A DNA stretch of 63,855 nucleotides, the filler included. It is 5 parts of 5 records of this genome, joined end to end, with 100 filler letters (N's around TTAATTAATTAA, not from the genome) between each part and the next. Parts side by side here need not be neighbours in the genome. Positions count along the whole stretch, not along the records: positions 45,384 to 58,743 come from SRR31156797_15715; positions 58,844 to 63,855 come from SRR31156797_15732; 3 more parts are not named here. One strand, given 5' to 3'. Position 1 is the stretch's first letter; every line of letters starts with the position of its first letter. The notes beneath the pieces were generated by a model, which saw nothing but the letters and a program-made list of their open reading frames with translations, did not search any database and was not told the origin of the DNA. Positions 50,720-61,375 of this stretch are shown piece by piece. The position numbers and the translations under genes were made by a program.

Positions 50720-52201
50720 ATGGAATACAATGTCGAAGAACTCTCGCCGGTAAAACGGAAAATTTCGGTAGAAGTCCCCGCAGAAGAGGCTAATGCAGCC
50801 ATTTCTACGGCAATTGCCCTGTATCGTATGCAGGCTGATGTCAAAGGATTTCGTAAAGGCAAGGTCCCGTCCACGATTGTCGAGTCCAAGTATCGTAAGC
50901 AGATTTACGGTGAAGCCACTACAGATTTGATCAACTATCAGATCAATGAAATCATGAGTGGCCTGTCCATTCAGCCCATGTCCCGCATCGATGTTGATGC
51001 CAAGGAATTGGTTCGTGACGAAGATTTCTCGTATTCCATTGAATTTGAAGTTGCTCCTAAGTTGGATCTGCCCAAGTACAAAGGACTGAAGGTCGAGGAA
51101 TTGGATGTTGTTGTTGGCGACGAAGAAGTTGCTGAAGTCGAATCTCGTATCCTGGCGAACAATGCTGAAGTGAAAGTTCTTGAGGATGTCCGCAATCCCA
51201 AGGACGGCGAAGTCGTTTCTGTAAGCTTTGGTGCTTATCAGGGTGATCAGATCGTCGAAGGTATTCAGGCTGAGAATTTTGATTTGGTTTTGGGTGATAA
51301 TCAGGCTCTGCCCGAGTTTGAAGACATGCTTAAGACTTTGACTTCTGGTGAATCCGGTGAGACCGATGTCACCTTCCCGGCAGACTTTATCAATGAGAAT
51401 TTGGCTGGTCAGACTGTGACCATGAAAGCTAAGCTGCATGCCGTTAAGGAACGTATTACTCCCGAGATGACTGACGCAGTAGCCCAGAAGGCCGGATTTA
51501 AGGATGTCGAGACCATGCGTACCGGTATTCGTGAGTCCTATTCTTCTCAGCGCAAGCAGATGAATCAGTCCAAAGCACAGTCCGAGCTGCTTGCTAATAT
51601 TATTGGTGAGATTAAGGACTTCCCACTGCCGCCAGCCATGGTTGAAGATCGTATTGATCGTCTGATCCAGGATCTTGAATACAAATTGGATCGTCAGGGC
51701 AAGGGCTTCCAGTCTTTGGGCAAAACCCCTGAAGAGCTGCGTGGTGATTTCCGTGAGGAAGCAGAGTCCACAGTTCGTACTGAAATCTTCTTGCTGGCTG
51801 TTGCCAATGAAGAGTCTTTGGAAATTTCTCCCGAGGAAATCGAATCCACTTTGACCCAGTTGGCCATGCAGACTCGTCAGCCTTTGCATGATCTCAAGAA
51901 GTATTATGAGGACAACAACCTCATCGTGCCGTTGAAGGATCGTCTGCTGTGTGACAAGGCTTCCGAGCTGATTTACGATGCCGCAGAAGTCAAAATGATT
52001 GCAGCACCGACCGAAGGCAAAAAGACCGCAGCCAAGAAAGCTGCTCCGGCAGAAGATGCTTCTATAAAGTTTGAAAATAAGACTGAAGCCGTTGAATGGG
52101 CTGTTGCCAATCTCGGCCTCAAAGAGTCCACAGCTAAGGGATACTCTCTGGCTAAACTTCAGGAGCGCGCCGAGAAGTTCCTGGCTGAAAAGGACGCGTA
52201 G
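50720..52201 (+). CDS. tig: trigger factor with C-terminal extension
   Basis: GFRKGKVP, FKBP-like middle, tRNA-Leu-tig-clpP-clpX-lon synteny. Confidence 0.95.
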   Translation: MEYNVEELSPVKRKISVEVPAEEANAAISTAIALYRMQADVKGFRKGKVPSTIVESKYRKQIYGEATTDLINYQINEIMSGLSIQPMSRIDVDAKELVRDEDFSYSIEFEVAPKLDLPKYKGLKVEELDVVVGDEEVAEVESRILANNAEVKVLEDVRNPKDGEVVSVSFGAYQGDQIVEGIQAENFDLVLGDNQALPEFEDMLKTLTSGESGETDVTFPADFINENLAGQTVTMKAKLHAVKERITPEMTDAVAQKAGFKDVETMRTGIRESYSSQRKQMNQSKAQSELLANIIGEIKDFPLPPAMVEDRIDRLIQDLEYKLDRQGKGFQSLGKTPEELRGDFREEAESTVRTEIFLLAVANEESLEISPEEIESTLTQLAMQTRQPLHDLKKYYEDNNLIVPLKDRLLCDKASELIYDAAEVKMIAAPTEGKKTAAKKAAPAEDASIKFENKTEAVEWAVANLGLKESTAKGYSLAKLQERAEKFLAEKDA

Positions 52202-52230
52202 AGAATTCGTTTCTCCGCATAGAATGAAAT

Positions 52231-52266
52231 GCGGCGGCCCGGATTTATCCGGGTCGCCTTTTTTTT
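52231..52266 (+). terminator. intrinsic terminator after tig
   Basis: GGCGGCCCGGAT/ATCCGGGTCGCC plus T-run. Confidence 0.8.
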
Positions 52267-52277
52267 GGGTGTTCACC

Positions 52278-52305
52278 CTTGACCTTGGCGTCGTAATACC
52301 TATTT
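52278..52305 (+). promoter_or_regulatory. RpoH-like heat-shock promoter candidate for clpPX
   Basis: CTTGAC-N15-CCTATTT. Confidence 0.4.
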
Positions 52306-52482
52306 GGTTCAAGGCTTAAGGAAGAAGTTTCCCCTTGTCCTTACTGGGGAAATATTTCATACTGAACTCACGCTAAAAAGGGCGGAAATGGCCGTTGAAG
52401 GTCAGTTTGAATGTGAGTGAGGCCCTCATGGTTTCACATTCTCCGCCGATAAACCTGATAAGTTCCCGAGAAGGAGATGTTC

Positions 52483-53088
52483 ATGGTCGCCATTCCGATG
52501 GTCATTGAAACGACTGGTCGTACTGAACGTGCGTACGATATTTATTCCCGACTGCTCAAAGACCGGATCATCCTGCTTGGCAGCGCTATTGACGATAATG
52601 TGGCAAGTCTTATTTGCGCACAGCTTCTTTTTCTGGAGTCCGAAGACCCGGAAAAGGAAATTTATATGTATATCAACTCGCCGGGCGGAGCTGTTTCCGC
52701 AGGCATGGCCATTTATGATACCATGCAGTATATCTCTGCCCCCGTGGCTACGTTGTGCCTCGGACAGGCCGCCAGCATGGGAGCGTTGTTGCTCAGCGCT
52801 GGTGAGAATGGCATGCGTTACGCATTGCCGCATAGCCGTATCATGATTCACCAGCCGCTTGGTGGCGCGCAGGGGCAGGCCTCCGACATTCATATTCACG
52901 CCCAGGAAATCCTGCGTTTGAGAGATGAACTCAACGATATCCTGGTCGAACATACTGGTCAGAAGCTCGACAAGATTCGTAAGGATACCGAGCGTGACTA
53001 TTTCATGTCTTCCGAAGAAGCCTGCAAGTATGGTCTGATTGACAAGGTTATGAGGTCCAGAGAAGACGTGGGCGAAAGCAAGGGTTAA
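52483..53088 (+). CDS. clpP: ATP-dependent Clp protease proteolytic subunit
   Basis: [32 protein letters not shown]. Confidence 0.97.
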   Translation: MVAIPMVIETTGRTERAYDIYSRLLKDRIILLGSAIDDNVASLICAQLLFLESEDPEKEIYMYINSPGGAVSAGMAIYDTMQYISAPVATLCLGQAASMGALLLSAGENGMRYALPHSRIMIHQPLGGAQGQASDIHIHAQEILRLRDELNDILVEHTGQKLDKIRKDTERDYFMSSEEACKYGLIDKVMRSREDVGESKG

Positions 53089-53093
53089 AGACC

Positions 53094-54347
53094 ATGAGTG
53101 AAAAGAAATCCAATCCATCAGATTTGAGCTGCTCGTTTTGCAGTAAGACACAGGTGGAGGTTCAGCGGCTTATCGCCGGACCTGACGTGTATATTTGTGA
53201 CGAATGCGTTGCCTTGTGCAATGACATTATGGCTCAGGAAACCATCAGCGAAGAGTTCGAAGATGGTCGCCTGTTGCCTCCTCAGGAAATCAAGGAACTG
53301 CTGGACCAATATGTTATTGGTCAGGATCAGGCCAAAAAGATTTTGTCTGTGGCTGTGCACAACCATTATAAGCGCGTTTTCTATGCTGCGGCCAATTCTG
53401 GTCCAGATGAAATCGAAATCGACAAATCCAATATCTTGCTTATCGGTCCAACCGGTTCAGGTAAGACTTTGCTGGCGCAAACCTTGGCCCGAGTGTTGAA
53501 GGTCCCGTTTGCTATAGCCGATGCGACCACGTTGACCGAAGCCGGTTATGTGGGCGAGGACGTGGAAAATATTCTTGTGCAGCTGTTGCAGAATGCCGAT
53601 TATGATATTGATTCCGCATCTCGCGGTATCATTTATATCGATGAAATCGATAAGGTCGCTCGAAAGGGTGATTCCCCGTCCATCACGCGCGACGTGTCGG
53701 GTGAGGGCGTGCAACAGGCACTGTTGAAGATTATTGAAGGCACCGAGGCCAATATTCCGCCCAAGGGCGGACGCAAGCATCCGCAGCAGGAGTTTATCCG
53801 TATGGATACCTCGAACATCCTGTTTATCCTGGGTGGTGCATTTATCGGGTTGGACAAGATTGTTCAGCAGCGGAACACCGGTTCCGGGTTGGGATTTGGT
53901 GCAAAGGTTGAGGCTAAGAAGGAAATGGATCTTGGCGAACTGTTTGCCTTGTCAGAGCCTATGGACCTCATCAAGTTTGGGTTAATTCCCGAGTTTGTGG
54001 GTCGTATCCCGGTACAGACTGCATTGCAGGAGCTGACTGAAGAGGATTTGGTTCGCATTCTTCAGGAACCGAAAAACGCGTTGGTCAAACAGTATCGTAA
54101 GCTTTTCGAGCTGGATAAGGTTGAACTGACGTTTACCGAGAATGCGTTGCAGGCCATTGCCAAGCAGGCCATTGAGCGTAAGACTGGTGCCCGTGGTTTG
54201 CGCAACGTTCTCGAAAAGACAATGCTCGAAATCATGTACAAGCTGCCTGCCATGCCAGATGTGCGCGAATGCGTCATCAACAAGGCTGTGGTCGAAAGCG
54301 ACATGGAGCCACTTCTGTTGTATCATCAGGAAGTTAAATCGGCGTAG
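53094..54347 (+). CDS. clpX: Clp protease ATP-binding subunit
   Basis: Zinc finger [31 protein letters not shown]. Confidence 0.97.
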   Translation: MSEKKSNPSDLSCSFCSKTQVEVQRLIAGPDVYICDECVALCNDIMAQETISEEFEDGRLLPPQEIKELLDQYVIGQDQAKKILSVAVHNHYKRVFYAAANSGPDEIEIDKSNILLIGPTGSGKTLLAQTLARVLKVPFAIADATTLTEAGYVGEDVENILVQLLQNADYDIDSASRGIIYIDEIDKVARKGDSPSITRDVSGEGVQQALLKIIEGTEANIPPKGGRKHPQQEFIRMDTSNILFILGGAFIGLDKIVQQRNTGSGLGFGAKVEAKKEMDLGELFALSEPMDLIKFGLIPEFVGRIPVQTALQELTEEDLVRILQEPKNALVKQYRKLFELDKVELTFTENALQAIAKQAIERKTGARGLRNVLEKTMLEIMYKLPAMPDVRECVINKAVVESDMEPLLLYHQEVKSA

Positions 54348-54457
54348 ATCGAACACGGGCGTTGACAATCAGCCTGTGGATATTACTTCCTATTTATCGA
54401 CGGCAAACACTCCCCATCGCGGGAGTGCTGCCATATATATAACCATCGGAGGAATCA

Positions 54458-56920
54458 ATGCCGACCTTTGGATTTGACGGCAAGAAATCCCCTGAAACCC
54501 AAACCCTTCCCATGATGTCTCTTCGGGAAGTGGTCATGTTTCCGAAGTCTATCGTCCCGCTATTTGTCGGACGTGAGGCATCAATAAAAGCCATTGAGGC
54601 CGCTGTGGCGGACTATGGTAAACAAATATTCCTAGTTACCCAGAAGACCCCGGAGACGGAGCATCCCGAAGCCGACGATTTGTATCGTGTGGGGACGGTC
54701 AGCAAAATATTGCAAATGCTTCGGCTGCCCGATGGCACCATCAAGGTGTTGTTTGAAGGTGTGTCCCGTGCTTCTTGGGATCCTGAAAATGATATGATCT
54801 CCTACGGAGAGGAAGAAGGGGACTTCCCCAAAGCGCATTTTGCTGTTTTGGAAGAGTCCAAGGAAGCCACTTCGGAGGCCAAGGCCTTGATTCGTGCCGT
54901 TCATGAGTCTTTGGATGATTTTGGCAAAGTCAACAAGAAGGTGGCCCCTGAGGCCATTTTGGCTATGTCCACCATCAAGGACCCCGGTCCGTTGGCAGAT
55001 CAGATCATGCCGCATCTTAAAATTGAGTTCTCCCGTAAGCAGGAAATTCTTGAGGAGCTTGATCCGTCTACACGGCTTGAGCGTGTCTATGAATTGTTGC
55101 TTGGTGAAATCGAGATTGTTTCCATTGAGAAGCGTGTCAAAGGGCGCGTGAAAGATCAGATGGAAAAGAATCAGCGTGAGTATTATCTTAACGAACAGGT
55201 CAAGGCCATAAACAAGGAAATGGGGCGTGAAGACGACCCGCAGGCCGAGGCTCAGGAATTGGTGGAACAGCTTGAAGCCAAACCTATGTCCGAAGAGAAT
55301 CGCGAGCGCGTTCGCAAGGAAATAAAGAAAATGCGTACCATGCAGCCCTCCAGTGCGGAGTACACTGTGGTGCGCAACTATATTGACTGGGTGCTTGATT
55401 TGCCGTGGGATGACGTCAAGGACGACAAGGACGTGGACATTGTTCAGGCCCGTACCATTCTTGACGAAGATCATTTCGGTTTGCAAAAGCCCAAGCAGCG
55501 TATTCTTGAATACTTGGCCGTTCAGACATTGGTTGAGACCATGAAGGGGCCTATCCTTTGTTTTGTAGGTCCTCCCGGCGTGGGTAAAACGTCTATTGCC
55601 AAGTCTATCGCCCGTTCCATGGATCGCGAATTTTTGCGGCTTTCATTGGGCGGTGTGCGAGACGAGGCTGAAATTCGTGGTCATCGCCGTACATATGTCG
55701 GCGCCATGCCCGGTAAGATCATTCAGTCTTTGAAGCGGGTGAAATACAATAATCCCGTCATCTGTCTGGATGAGGTCGATAAGATGTCTGCTGATTTCCG
55801 AGGTGATCCTTCCGCTGCATTGCTGGAAGTCCTCGACCCGGAACAGAATTACGCATTCAACGATCATTATCTTGATCTGGATTATGATTTGTCCAAGGTT
55901 TTCTTCATTACCACGGCCAACAGTCTGGAAGGTATTCCGTTGCCGTTGCAGGATCGTATGGAAATCATTCGACTGCCCGGTTATCTGGAAAACGAGAAGG
56001 TGGAGATCGCCAAGGGCTTCCTTTTGCCCAAGCAGCTTGAACAGCATGGTCTTACACCAGAAAATATCAAGTTGTCTGAAAATGCCATTCTTGATGTGGT
56101 CAGGTATTATACCAAAGAAGCCGGTGTCCGTAATCTAGAGCGCGAGCTTGCGTCAATCTGTCGTAAGTCTGCCATGAAGATTGTGGAGGAGAAAAACCGC
56201 GATAAGGTTATCTCTGTCACCAAACAGGGGCTGCAGAAGATGCTCGGCGTAACCAAGTTTACCTATGGTGAACGCGAGGAAGCGTCTCAGGTTGGTGTGT
56301 GTAACGGTCTGGCTTGGACTCAACTTGGTGGCGAAATGCTGTTGGTTGAAGTCGTGCTTATGCCCGGTAAGGGCAAAGTGGAAATCACTGGCAAGCTGGG
56401 TGACGTCATGCAGGAGTCAGCCCGTGCTGCAGTTTCCTATATTCGTTCACGCTCAGACTTGCTTGGCTTGAAGCCTGACTTCTACAAGCAGGTGGATATT
56501 CATATTCATGTGCCTGATGGAGCCACGCCCAAGGATGGCCCGAGCGCCGGTGTCACTATGACGACTGCTCTCATCTCTGCGCTTTTGAATATTCCGGTTC
56601 GCCATGATTTGGCCATGACCGGAGAGATCACCCTTCGTGGACGGGTTCTGCCTATTGGTGGATTGCGTGAGAAGTTGCTGGCAGCACATCGTGGACTCAT
56701 TAAAACCGTGCTTATTCCGGCTGAAAATGAGAAAAATCTCAAAGATGTCCCGAAGGATATTCTCAAGGACCTTGAGGTTATACCAGTCAAAACCATGGAC
56801 GAAGTCATCGACAATGCTTTGCAGGCTGGTTCCGAGACTGTTTGGCATAAGAAACACGGTGAAGCACCGGTTGCTGCTGAATTGCTCAAGGATGAGTTGC
56901 AAAGACCTGCTCGTCAGTAA
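54458..56920 (+). CDS. lon: Lon protease
   Basis: [36 protein letters not shown]. Confidence 0.97.
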   Translation: MPTFGFDGKKSPETQTLPMMSLREVVMFPKSIVPLFVGREASIKAIEAAVADYGKQIFLVTQKTPETEHPEADDLYRVGTVSKILQMLRLPDGTIKVLFEGVSRASWDPENDMISYGEEEGDFPKAHFAVLEESKEATSEAKALIRAVHESLDDFGKVNKKVAPEAILAMSTIKDPGPLADQIMPHLKIEFSRKQEILEELDPSTRLERVYELLLGEIEIVSIEKRVKGRVKDQMEKNQREYYLNEQVKAINKEMGREDDPQAEAQELVEQLEAKPMSEENRERVRKEIKKMRTMQPSSAEYTVVRNYIDWVLDLPWDDVKDDKDVDIVQARTILDEDHFGLQKPKQRILEYLAVQTLVETMKGPILCFVGPPGVGKTSIAKSIARSMDREFLRLSLGGVRDEAEIRGHRRTYVGAMPGKIIQSLKRVKYNNPVICLDEVDKMSADFRGDPSAALLEVLDPEQNYAFNDHYLDLDYDLSKVFFITTANSLEGIPLPLQDRMEIIRLPGYLENEKVEIAKGFLLPKQLEQHGLTPENIKLSENAILDVVRYYTKEAGVRNLERELASICRKSAMKIVEEKNRDKVISVTKQGLQKMLGVTKFTYGEREEASQVGVCNGLAWTQLGGEMLLVEVVLMPGKGKVEITGKLGDVMQESARAAVSYIRSRSDLLGLKPDFYKQVDIHIHVPDGATPKDGPSAGVTMTTALISALLNIPVRHDLAMTGEITLRGRVLPIGGLREKLLAAHRGLIKTVLIPAENEKNLKDVPKDILKDLEVIPVKTMDEVIDNALQAGSETVWHKKHGEAPVAAELLKDELQRPARQ

Positions 56921-56940
56921 GACGGCGAAAATGATAATTT

Positions 56941-56973
56941 AAAGGCCGAACGGTTTACCGTTCGGCCTTTTTT
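56941..56973. terminator. bidirectional terminator
   Basis: AAAGGCCGAACGGT/ACCGTTCGGCCTTT. Confidence 0.8.
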
Positions 56974-56993
56974 ATGATTTACATATGTGGTGG

Positions 56994-57545
56994 TTATTGG
57001 GCTGAAGTAGAAAGAAGTCCGGTAGTTTTATCGAGCTGTGTACTCAGTTGTGCGAAAAAAGCGTTTCGTTGAAGCATCTGCATGCCTGGATTCTTACTCT
57101 TTCCAGTTCTTTCTGCCATGGTATGATTTGCTTCTTTAGGATCTATTCCTGCTGCTTGTCGGTTCTTGGTTTCTTCCTCTTCATCATCGTCTTTTTTACT
57201 GGGCATTTTGCTCGTTGCATCCGCAATGCTTGAGCTCATTTTAACACCGGTTATATCTGCAATCTCTTTTTCGATTTCTTTAATGCGGGCTTTCTGTTCT
57301 TCCGTTGGTTGACCATCCCCCATAGTCAGGAGTTGGGCGAGCATGTTTTTAAGAAATAGCACTCGATTTTTTTCTTCAGGTGTCAGTTCTTTTTGGAAAG
57401 AAAGAGAGGAAGATTCCAGACGTTTTTCTTCTTCGGTCTTTTCAGGTTCGAGCGACATGCCTTCGGACGATATCGTCCGTACCAACGATCGTGCGTTTCG
57501 TGTTGTGGTCGGAAAAAGAGTGTCTGGTGTGGTCGATATGTTCAT
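56994..57545 (-). CDS. hypothetical charged helical protein
   Basis: 183-aa ORF; sigma-28-like promoter upstream. Confidence 0.65.
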   Translation of the reverse strand: MNISTTPDTLFPTTTRNARSLVRTISSEGMSLEPEKTEEEKRLESSSLSFQKELTPEEKNRVLFLKNMLAQLLTMGDGQPTEEQKARIKEIEKEIADITGVKMSSSIADATSKMPSKKDDDEEEETKNRQAAGIDPKEANHTMAERTGKSKNPGMQMLQRNAFFAQLSTQLDKTTGLLSTSAQ

Positions 57546-57591
57546 TGTTTTGTCCAGTGGGTAAAAATTTCCACCGCACTTTGAAATGCAA

Positions 57592-57617
57592 ATATCGGAC
57601 CGTGGTAAAGTCTTTCA
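57592..57617 (-). promoter_or_regulatory. sigma-28 (FliA)-like promoter
   Basis: Minus strand TGAAAG-actttaccacgg-TCCGATAT. Confidence 0.4.
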
Positions 57618-57712
57618 TATGAAGGGAAAAGTTGCGTTTCGGTTTGTGCATCGTGTCGTATGCAATACCTTTATGTTTTTTTTGTGTATGGTGGCTGAAA
57701 TCGGAGGAGCGT

Positions 57713-58699
57713 ATGGCTGAATTGACAAAGAAAGATCGGGCTATGGGCAGTATTGTGGGCATGTTTGTCGGTGATGCGCTTGGGCTTGGACCACATTGGT
57801 ATTACGATTTGGACGAATTACGTAAGGATTATGGTGAGTGGATTTCTGATTATATGCCACCCAAAGAGGGCCGGTATCATGATGGGTGCAGGGCCGGCGA
57901 TGTCTCGCAAACAGGGCAGGTTTCCCTTTTGTTGCTTCAATCTTTGTCAGATAGAGGGGAGTATGACGAGTCAGATTTTACGGAGAAGCTTGATGTCTTT
58001 CTCGATACGCTCGACGGGACTCCTAATGGTGGTCGATATACGGATATTGCCATGCGAGAGGTCTGGGAGGCTCGCAAGGCTGGATTAACGTGGGATGAGG
58101 CTGCGGGGCTATCGGATTCGGGTGAGGCTGCCATTCGAGGCGTTATGCTTGCCGCACGTTATGCGAACAAACCGCGTGATTTGGCTGCGCATGTCATGAC
58201 GAATGTTCATTTGACGCATGCAGAGCCGTTTATTCAAGCGCAGTCCCTTGCTTTTGTGTTGGCTGTTTGTAGGCTTGTTCGTGGCAAGAGTTTGGAGAGT
58301 TCTGGTAAATCCCTGATGGGGTGGGCGCAGCATGAAGTTGATAGAGCTTTGATCGATGTGTTTTTACAACCTGGATTTGTGCATGGTGTGGCTACTAACA
58401 CGGAAGTCGTTATGGAGCCACCACATGCCATTGCTCAGGTATATGGCTTGGCCTGTCAACTTGGGTTTATGGCCCCGGCTGCCTATTGGTTGACCAGTCG
58501 GTTTGAGGGTGATTTTGAGACAGCAGTGCTTACAGCCGTTAATGGTGGCGGTAATAATATGGCTCGGGCCTGTATGACCGGAGCTCTTTCGGGAGCCATG
58601 GTTGGAATTCAGGGAATTCCTCAGCGATTTATTGATGGTTTGCAGGACAAGGAAGAAGTTCTTGAAAATGCAGCAAAGGTTGCTTCAGCCTTGGAATGA
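57713..58699 (+). CDS. ADP-ribosylglycohydrolase-family protein (non-canonical active site)
   Basis: VGDALGLGPHWYYD, LTH, AVNGGG..RACMTGALSGA..G..GIP. Confidence 0.85.
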   Translation: MAELTKKDRAMGSIVGMFVGDALGLGPHWYYDLDELRKDYGEWISDYMPPKEGRYHDGCRAGDVSQTGQVSLLLLQSLSDRGEYDESDFTEKLDVFLDTLDGTPNGGRYTDIAMREVWEARKAGLTWDEAAGLSDSGEAAIRGVMLAARYANKPRDLAAHVMTNVHLTHAEPFIQAQSLAFVLAVCRLVRGKSLESSGKSLMGWAQHEVDRALIDVFLQPGFVHGVATNTEVVMEPPHAIAQVYGLACQLGFMAPAAYWLTSRFEGDFETAVLTAVNGGGNNMARACMTGALSGAMVGIQGIPQRFIDGLQDKEEVLENAAKVASALE

Positions 58700-58743
58700 G
58701 TTGTTGAAGCGGAAAAAAAGAGCCCTCTGCATGCAGAGGGCTC

Positions 58744-58843
58744 NNNNNNNNNNNNNNNNNNNNNNNNNNNNNNNNNNNNNNNNNNNNTTAATTAATTAAN
58801 NNNNNNNNNNNNNNNNNNNNNNNNNNNNNNNNNNNNNNNNNNN
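58744..58843. other. artificial contig linker
   Basis: N44-TTAATTAATTAA-N44. Confidence 0.98.
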
Positions 58844-58844
58844 A

Positions 58845-59153
58845 CTTGATGGAAAGATTTATTTCAGCGACCGCGTGAAGGAGTACATCCTCACAAACCT
58901 CTCCGATGCATCGAGAGAGACGGGGAAATCATCCATTGAACGGCTCACCAACAGGGAACTGGAAGTTTTCAGGATGATAGGAAAAGGTTTCAGTACCCGT
59001 GAGATCGCTGAGAAACTTCATCTCAGCATCAAAACGATCGGCACCTACCGAGAGCGCATCAAAGAGAAACTCGGATTGAAGAATGCGACCGAATTGGTTC
59101 GCCATGCTGTACATTGGGAAAAGACCGGTGAGTCTGATTCACCGACCGGTTGA
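58845..59153 (+). CDS. NarL/LuxR-family response regulator (5'-truncated)
   Basis: LTNRELEVF..IG.G.STREIAEKLHLSIKTIGTYRERIKEKL. Confidence 0.9.
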   Translation, partial: LDGKIYFSDRVKEYILTNLSDASRETGKSSIERLTNRELEVFRMIGKGFSTREIAEKLHLSIKTIGTYRERIKEKLGLKNATELVRHAVHWEKTGESDSPTG

Positions 59154-59462
59154 TGCCGTTTTAATCTTGTAGGTGTATCACCTACGGATCCCACAAAAAA
59201 TACGTACCTGCAGTGTGAGTTCTACCCCACAAAAAAATGAGGCGTTCCCCGATTGTAAAACCTTTCCTTGTTTATTAAATCTCATTCAGTAAATGCGTAA
59301 AGATGCAGTTTTTTTGTGCCTCTCTCATTCAGCTGAAAATGTACCTGTTTATAATGAATAGTCGTGAAACCGCCAACAAAAGGAGGTGAAGTCGCTTCGA
59401 GTGGATTCGGACGCTCACTGTGAGGAAACATTTCCAATAACATTTTTCGAAAGGGGTAAGGT

Positions 59463-59708
59463 ATGTTCAAAGGGATGCCGAAGATTTTTTGGATAGGCAT
59501 GTTGATTCTGTATGGATGGACGTTCTTTTTCATGATTATGGAGATGACCATCCCCGGTCTCCCTCTTAAAAGCTTTCTCGGAGTGCCGGCATGCTACGTG
59601 TATAACTGGATTTGCGGATTGTGGCTGATCAATATTCTCGTCTCCTTTATTTTCTATCGATCTGAAGAGAAACGGGAAGAATTACAAGAACGGGAACAGG
59701 TACTCTAA
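59463..59708 (+). CDS. small 2-TM membrane protein, probable SSS accessory subunit
   Basis: 81 aa, two hydrophobic segments, FLGVP, directly upstream of the SSS gene. Confidence 0.75.
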   Translation: MFKGMPKIFWIGMLILYGWTFFFMIMEMTIPGLPLKSFLGVPACYVYNWICGLWLINILVSFIFYRSEEKREELQEREQVL

Positions 59709-59719
59709 GGAGGCAAACA

Positions 59720-61318
59720 ATGGCTGTAAATCCAGTTGTACTTATCGGTGCTTTACTCTATTTTGCAATTATTTTTGCTATCGGGTGGTATTCCCGCAAA
59801 GCATCCATGGATGCTGGTGAATACTATGTGGCCGGACGGAAAGTCGGGCCATTCGTAAACGGCAGCGCCTTGGCGGCCACTTATTTCAGTCCTGCGAGTT
59901 TTCTTGGTTTGCCAGCCTTTATTTTTATTCTCGGCTATCCTTTCTGGTGGGCCCTTGTCGGTATCATCGGCGGGATGCCCATTGCAACCTTGCTGACTGC
60001 AGCGCCGCTGAGAAAATATGCCCCAACCTCTTTTACCGATTACTACGCTGACCGATACGAGACCAAATGGCTGAGGCTGGTCGCCGGGATTCCAACCCTC
60101 ATCGGCGGTTTGGCCTATGTCGTGCTCTCCATTGTCGGCACCGCGCTTTTCCTTATGGCGATCTTAAAAGTCAATTTTACTGTTTCCGTCGTTCTCGCGT
60201 CAGTGGTTGTTTTTCTCTACATCTACTACGGCGGTATGGTCGCCACCACCTTCTCTACCGCTTTCCAGGGAATTGCCATGACCATCGGGTCCGTGACGGC
60301 GGCCATCTATGTGATCTCTCACTACGGCGGGCTCAATGGACTTACTGATGCAACCCTGTCGGTCAGCGCAAACTTTTTTAACATGCCGTATGTAACCGAT
60401 GCCCCCTCCCATGCCCTGATGAGCAGTTGGCTTGGGGTTATCGGCTTTTTCTTCGTATGGCATTTCGGATTTTCGGCGATGCCATACACCGTTGTCCGTT
60501 TTTTTACGACACAGGACATTAAATCGGCAAGGCGAAGCGTATTTTGGGCCGTGCTTGTCGGTGGTGCCATGTATTGCGGTCTGATTATCATCGGTACTGG
60601 TGCAAGGGTTCTGATTGAGCAGTTGCATCCCCTCATGCAGACCGAAGGGATTACCAGCGCCGTTGGTGTTCTCAAGCATATGAAAACGACATACAATGTG
60701 GCCGGTGCCGTTGTCACCGATTACTCGATGATCGCCGCCATGGAAGCATTGAGCAGCCCCTTTCTGCTGGCCGTCGTGGCTGCCGGTGGATTGGCCATCG
60801 CCATGGCCACCGCTGCAGGCTGGACAATGGTGCTGAACGTATTGCTGGGACGGGACCTGGTGGGCAAAGTTTTCGGCAGCAAATGGCCTGAAGAAAAACC
60901 GGTTCAGGCTACCCGCGTCATGACGATTCTGATCATGTTTTTCTGCATGCTGGTCGCTTTCAAACCACCTGCCTTGGTTCTGGATATTTCGGGTGCCGCA
61001 TTCATCGTGATTCTATGCTCCGTCGGCCCCCCGCTGATCCTTGGCCTGTGGTGGACGCGTGCAACAACAGCTGCCGCGATTATCAACATCTTGGTGATGA
61101 CGGTGGCCTCCACCGGTAGCTGGATGTATGCAAAGTTCACGCTGGGGAGTCCCCATTGGTTCTTCCTGTGTGATCCTGCCAATAAAATAAGCACGCCGCA
61201 TCAATTCTACTGGGTGTTTGTCGGATTTATCTTCTTTATCATTCTCAGTTTAATTACCAAACCGAATTCAGATGAAACCATCTTGAAATACTCATTGGAT
61301 CTGAGACCGGATCTGTAA
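59720..61318 (+). CDS. sodium:solute symporter (ActP-like)
   Basis: YYVAGR, YFSPASFLG, GGMVATT, MPYTVVRFFT. Confidence 0.92.
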   Translation: MAVNPVVLIGALLYFAIIFAIGWYSRKASMDAGEYYVAGRKVGPFVNGSALAATYFSPASFLGLPAFIFILGYPFWWALVGIIGGMPIATLLTAAPLRKYAPTSFTDYYADRYETKWLRLVAGIPTLIGGLAYVVLSIVGTALFLMAILKVNFTVSVVLASVVVFLYIYYGGMVATTFSTAFQGIAMTIGSVTAAIYVISHYGGLNGLTDATLSVSANFFNMPYVTDAPSHALMSSWLGVIGFFFVWHFGFSAMPYTVVRFFTTQDIKSARRSVFWAVLVGGAMYCGLIIIGTGARVLIEQLHPLMQTEGITSAVGVLKHMKTTYNVAGAVVTDYSMIAAMEALSSPFLLAVVAAGGLAIAMATAAGWTMVLNVLLGRDLVGKVFGSKWPEEKPVQATRVMTILIMFFCMLVAFKPPALVLDISGAAFIVILCSVGPPLILGLWWTRATTAAAIINILVMTVASTGSWMYAKFTLGSPHWFFLCDPANKISTPHQFYWVFVGFIFFIILSLITKPNSDETILKYSLDLRPDL

Positions 61319-61375
61319 TTAAAAGCCCCCGGAGGAGATGCGTCCGGGGGCAATTCACAAATTGAGGAGCGATTT

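Noticed and set aside
50492..52312. 606-aa minus-strand ORF
   Set aside because: Antisense to tig and tRNA-Leu; a codon-bias shadow.
26977..58843. Four identical TTAATTAATTAA motifs flanked by N runs
   Set aside because: Artificial concatenation linkers. No biological link across them should be inferred, including the SSS modules at both window ends.
59378..59495. Orphan strong SD (AAAGGAGGTGA) and GGA motifs with a possible short uORF
   Set aside because: No well-spaced start codon and the peptide is uninformative; too weak without comparative data.
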